From NCBI GenBank assembly GCA_051294905.1, contig CM119372.1, positions 22,570,001 through 22,634,000 on the forward strand: 64,000 nt of DNA. The letters run 5' to 3'. Source of the DNA: Botryllus schlosseri. Taxonomy: Eukaryota. The position numbers and the translations under genes are program-made. The notes under the pieces were generated by a model that ran no database searches, had not been told where the DNA came from, and saw nothing but the letters and a program-made list of their open reading frames with translations. Every line of letters begins with the position of its first letter. Position 1 is the first letter of the stretch. Below, in pieces: positions 60,256-64,000 of this stretch.

Positions 60256-63200
60256 CAGACATGGGGTGATTACTTCATGAATGTAATCGATTGCGATTAC
60301 GATTACTTCTGAATCATGCGATTACGATTACAGCAAAATCCGCGAGTAGTCGATTACGATTACTTTGGAAAAGTAATCACGATTACTCACGATTACATTT
60401 ATTTTGCTTCTTAGAAGTTATCTTTAAGACAACACTGCGATGAAAAGGCCTCATGAGAGAAGGTCTTTCTTTTAATATGAGACGTCATGACGTCATTTCC
60501 TGTATATGACATAATTGCTTGATTTACAGATATAGGCATTTCGGTGCCGGCCTATACAGCGCCGCGACACACCAAGACATGCTACCTTGGCCGAAACATT
60601 GTGTATTTGCCCGTTGTCCACAGCCGCGCTCAATGGTTGTGACGAATAGTCTTGTCAATCTCATCCCCACAATACAAGTGCCACCCGGGGCACCCACTGA
60701 GGAAAATGATGAACCCCGTGTAGAAATGACAATTTCTGGGTGCGTCTCACGAAAGTTTTTCGTTTAGTTTTCTTATCGTCTGCTACGTTTGGCCAACTCC
60801 ATTATCTTTTGATATATAGCAGACAGGAGGTCACCAATTAACAACATACCATAAAGGTATAGTTGTAAATTACGTGCCTATAAATATTCGCGTTTGGGGC
60901 GATTTGACAGCATACACACAGTGAATCCACATCGCATCAAATCGTGTTTTCCAGTTCTTGTGAAAAGCCCGGTCGTTAAAGGGGGTCTGGGGGACTTCGC
61001 CCGCCAGAAGTTTTATTGATCGCCTTTGGGGGGGGGGGGAAGATCACCATTTGTTAGAAGGGGGGTGGCGAAATGCCGTTTCGGTACTGATTTTAGTTGC
61101 AATCCACGCTAGCATATTATCTAAGCGGATGGCTATAAGTGGCAGATCCAAATATTTCGTATGAAATTGCGAAATAGAAATTGTTGCCCGTTTAAAATAG
61201 GGCCGTATGAGAATATGGTAAGGTAAACAAAACTTCTCCTTATAGTCCACTTAATTCATACGGATATTCCGAGCTGCCGCTATACGAGTAACGGAAAATA
61301 ACGGCTCGGTTATGATTTTTTATCAGCAGCCGTTGGTTTTTAATGCTTCGATGTAGAAATTGTCATGTTTGATTTGACGAGTACAAAATTTCGGTCAAAC
61401 TGCGTTTGCCTAAGCATAACAAAGCACTAACACGTAGTACATACGTTACTATTCGAAACTAGGCAGAGTTGTAATTATTATCCTGCTGCGAGGTAGTGGC
61501 GTCTGCAGCGTATTGATAACCTGACATAATGTACAGCGGTTGTTCTTACAATCACAGTAAGTGCTGTCCTGAGGGACGAGTTTCAGCTCCTTGACCGAGC
61601 TGGACGAGAGTTTCTGGCTGATAGTATTTATGACTGACTTCCGATATTCTTAACTAGCTTGCTAATCCAGAGACAGTGTCTTTCCGGTACTTTGTATTGA
61701 CGAACAGTGAGCACGGATCAACTAACCCAACTTAATAACAAGACATTAAAAAATACTTGCAATACTGCAAAATAAAAACACATTACGTCAATGTCCTACC
61801 AAACGAGGAGCAAGTCACGACCCTGCTTACTACATGGCCGTCGAAAGAAAAAGAGTGAAACGTGGTCGTGCTTCTTCTGCCGTTCGATGAGGCGAGTCGA
61901 GCGTGACCCTTGTGACGAAAGAATAGTGTTAAAGAAACCACCATGACAAGTGCTACATGTAGGCCTATATGGAATATCAATTTACTGCGTGCGGAAAATT
62001 CGTTACGCAATGAAGAGCCAAGCTAATACTTGTGACGCAATAATGAACAGAGGCGTTTGAAAATCCGACATTTTTGCTATCCAAAGCCTGTTTTAAATTG
62101 CACAAATGAAAAGTAATCGTTCTTTCACAAAGAAATCGATAAGATATGTGAAATAGTCGATTACGATTACGATTACTTCGGATTTTTTTTGGTATGTAAT
62201 CGATTGCGATTACGATTACTTGGAAATGCTGTAATCGTCGTAATCGATTACGATTACTAATCACGATTACCCTATTTCTGGTTGGAACCCCTCAAAATGG
62301 TCGGTTCAACAGTTATAGTACAGATATTTCGTTAAAGGAGCTATATTGACCCTATATTTTCAATTGTCAATGTCAATCCACATTGGTAACGTCAAGGCTT
62401 GAAAAAAATAAAAAACATGTTTTAAACAAGGGCATGTTGTAAACATGCTCGCTTTAAATTTACTTTTGTTTTAAATGCAACCCTAATTTAAAGCAATAGG
62501 CATTTAGGTTTCAGTCAATACCGTGCCACGACACACCAAAAGACATATGCAATTTCGACCAACACGCGACTTCACGAAGTGTGCCACTAAAGAAAGATCT
62601 TGGCAGAAACTTAGGGTATGTGTCCATTGTCAATAGCCGCGCTGGGTGGGCGTGACTATTAGTCCATTCCTTCCAATCCGAGCCCACAATGCAAATGCCA
62701 CCTGGACACCCACAGAGCATTAAAGACATGACAATTTGTGTGTGCGTCTCACGAAAGTTTTTCTTTTAGTCTGCTACGTTAGGGATGCAACAATATCTTT
62801 TGATTATATAACATACCGGAAATCACGAATTAACAACATACACTAAAGTAATTATAACAAGATAACAGACATTATAACTATGAATTACGTGCCCCCAGCT
62901 CTACAGGTAAATCTGACCATCGGGGGCAGAGAGAGAGAGAGAGGAATAAAAATGAATAATAATGTAATGCGATTACCAATGTTATTGACGAAATTCAGTC
63001 TTCAACTTGAAATTATCACCCTATGGGGCCAAAGACTAACGTTTGGACTGGGGGACGAATGGCTGTTTTGGTCCTGATTTTAGCTACAACCCACGCTAAC
63101 ATGATATATAAACCCATGGCTATGGCGGCAGGTCCCAATGTTGGGTGAAGAATTATGAAATAACGATTAGCGCATGCAAGTAGAGTCATATGAGAATAAG

Positions 63201-63954
63201 AATAACATGAAGAGAACCTAAAATTCTGCCTTCAACTTAATACAGATAATGTACTGCAAGCTACCGCTACGAGAAACGGCAAAAACGGCTCGGTTGTGAT
63301 ATACATCAGCAACTGTTGATTTTTATTGCTTCGTTGTGGAAACCGTAATGTTACATTTAACGAGTACGAAATTTCAAATCTCTGCCCGGTGTACGTACGT
63401 ACTACATAGGCCTACTGCTCGCCAAGCAGCAACGGTCAAACTACGTTTGCATAACCAAACATCAATACACAAGTTACCTGGTAGAGTGGTGATTAATTAT
63501 CCTGCTCCGGGGTACTGGCGTGTGGAACGGGTTGGTAACCTGATATACAGCACGGCAGGTGTTCTTCCAATCACACGAATGTACGTGACGTAGGCTACAT
63601 CGAATATCTATTTACTGTGGATACTTCTTTTACGCAATGACCAGCAAAGCTAATAGGCTACTTCTGACGTAATAATGAGCAATGGCATTTAAAAATCAGC
63701 CGTTTGTGTTATCATGAACCTGGTATATTACATCTTCCTTGTTCACGAATGGTCGGTTTATGTCATAGTCCTTGTACAAATTTAAAAGTAATCGTTCTTT
63801 CACAAAGAAATCGATTAGATATGGCAAGTAGTCAATTACGATTACGATTATTTCGGAATTTTTTCGAATGTAATCGATTGCGATTACGATTATTTGAAAA
63901 TGCTGTAATCGTCGTAATCGATTACGATTACTAATCGCGATTACCCCATGTCTG
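60256..63954 (+). mobile_element. Composite family-A hAT-type element (TIR CAGACATGGGGT(G/A)AT, GATTAC repeats) with internal duplication
   Basis: Perfect TSD GTCATGGA (60248-60255 and 63955-63962). Extra internal right end at ~62100-62280. Confidence 0.88.
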
Positions 63955-64000
63955 GTCATGGAACCCATGGTGTTCCGTAGAACACCGGTTAAGAACCACT

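Overview
AT-rich, repeat-dense animal genomic DNA. Short 57-90 bp introns and chordate-like proteins suggest an invertebrate chordate such as an ascidian (inference). Three host genes are recognisable: intronless ANKS3 (+, 18458-19951), intronless SRRT/ARS2 (-, 28224-30599) and a multi-exon HNF1-family homeobox gene (+, ~50481-57800). Much of the rest is non-autonomous hAT-type MITEs with 8-bp target-site duplications (TSDs), often nested, plus 3' fragments of a LINE. The most unusual object is a ~13.8-kb element (368-14214) whose ends begin AGTAGT..TATGATCGCTCGTGA, like Polinton/Maverick termini. It is built as a giant imperfect fold-back: two homologous ~6.5-kb arms around a 903-bp spacer, near-identical next to the spacer and diverged outward. 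It carries mirrored ~41-bp tandem arrays and one intact intronless ORF for a small tandem OB-fold (RPA/SSB-like) protein. No polymerase, integrase, ATPase or capsid ORF is visible. All alignments, identities and counts were made by eye and are approximate.
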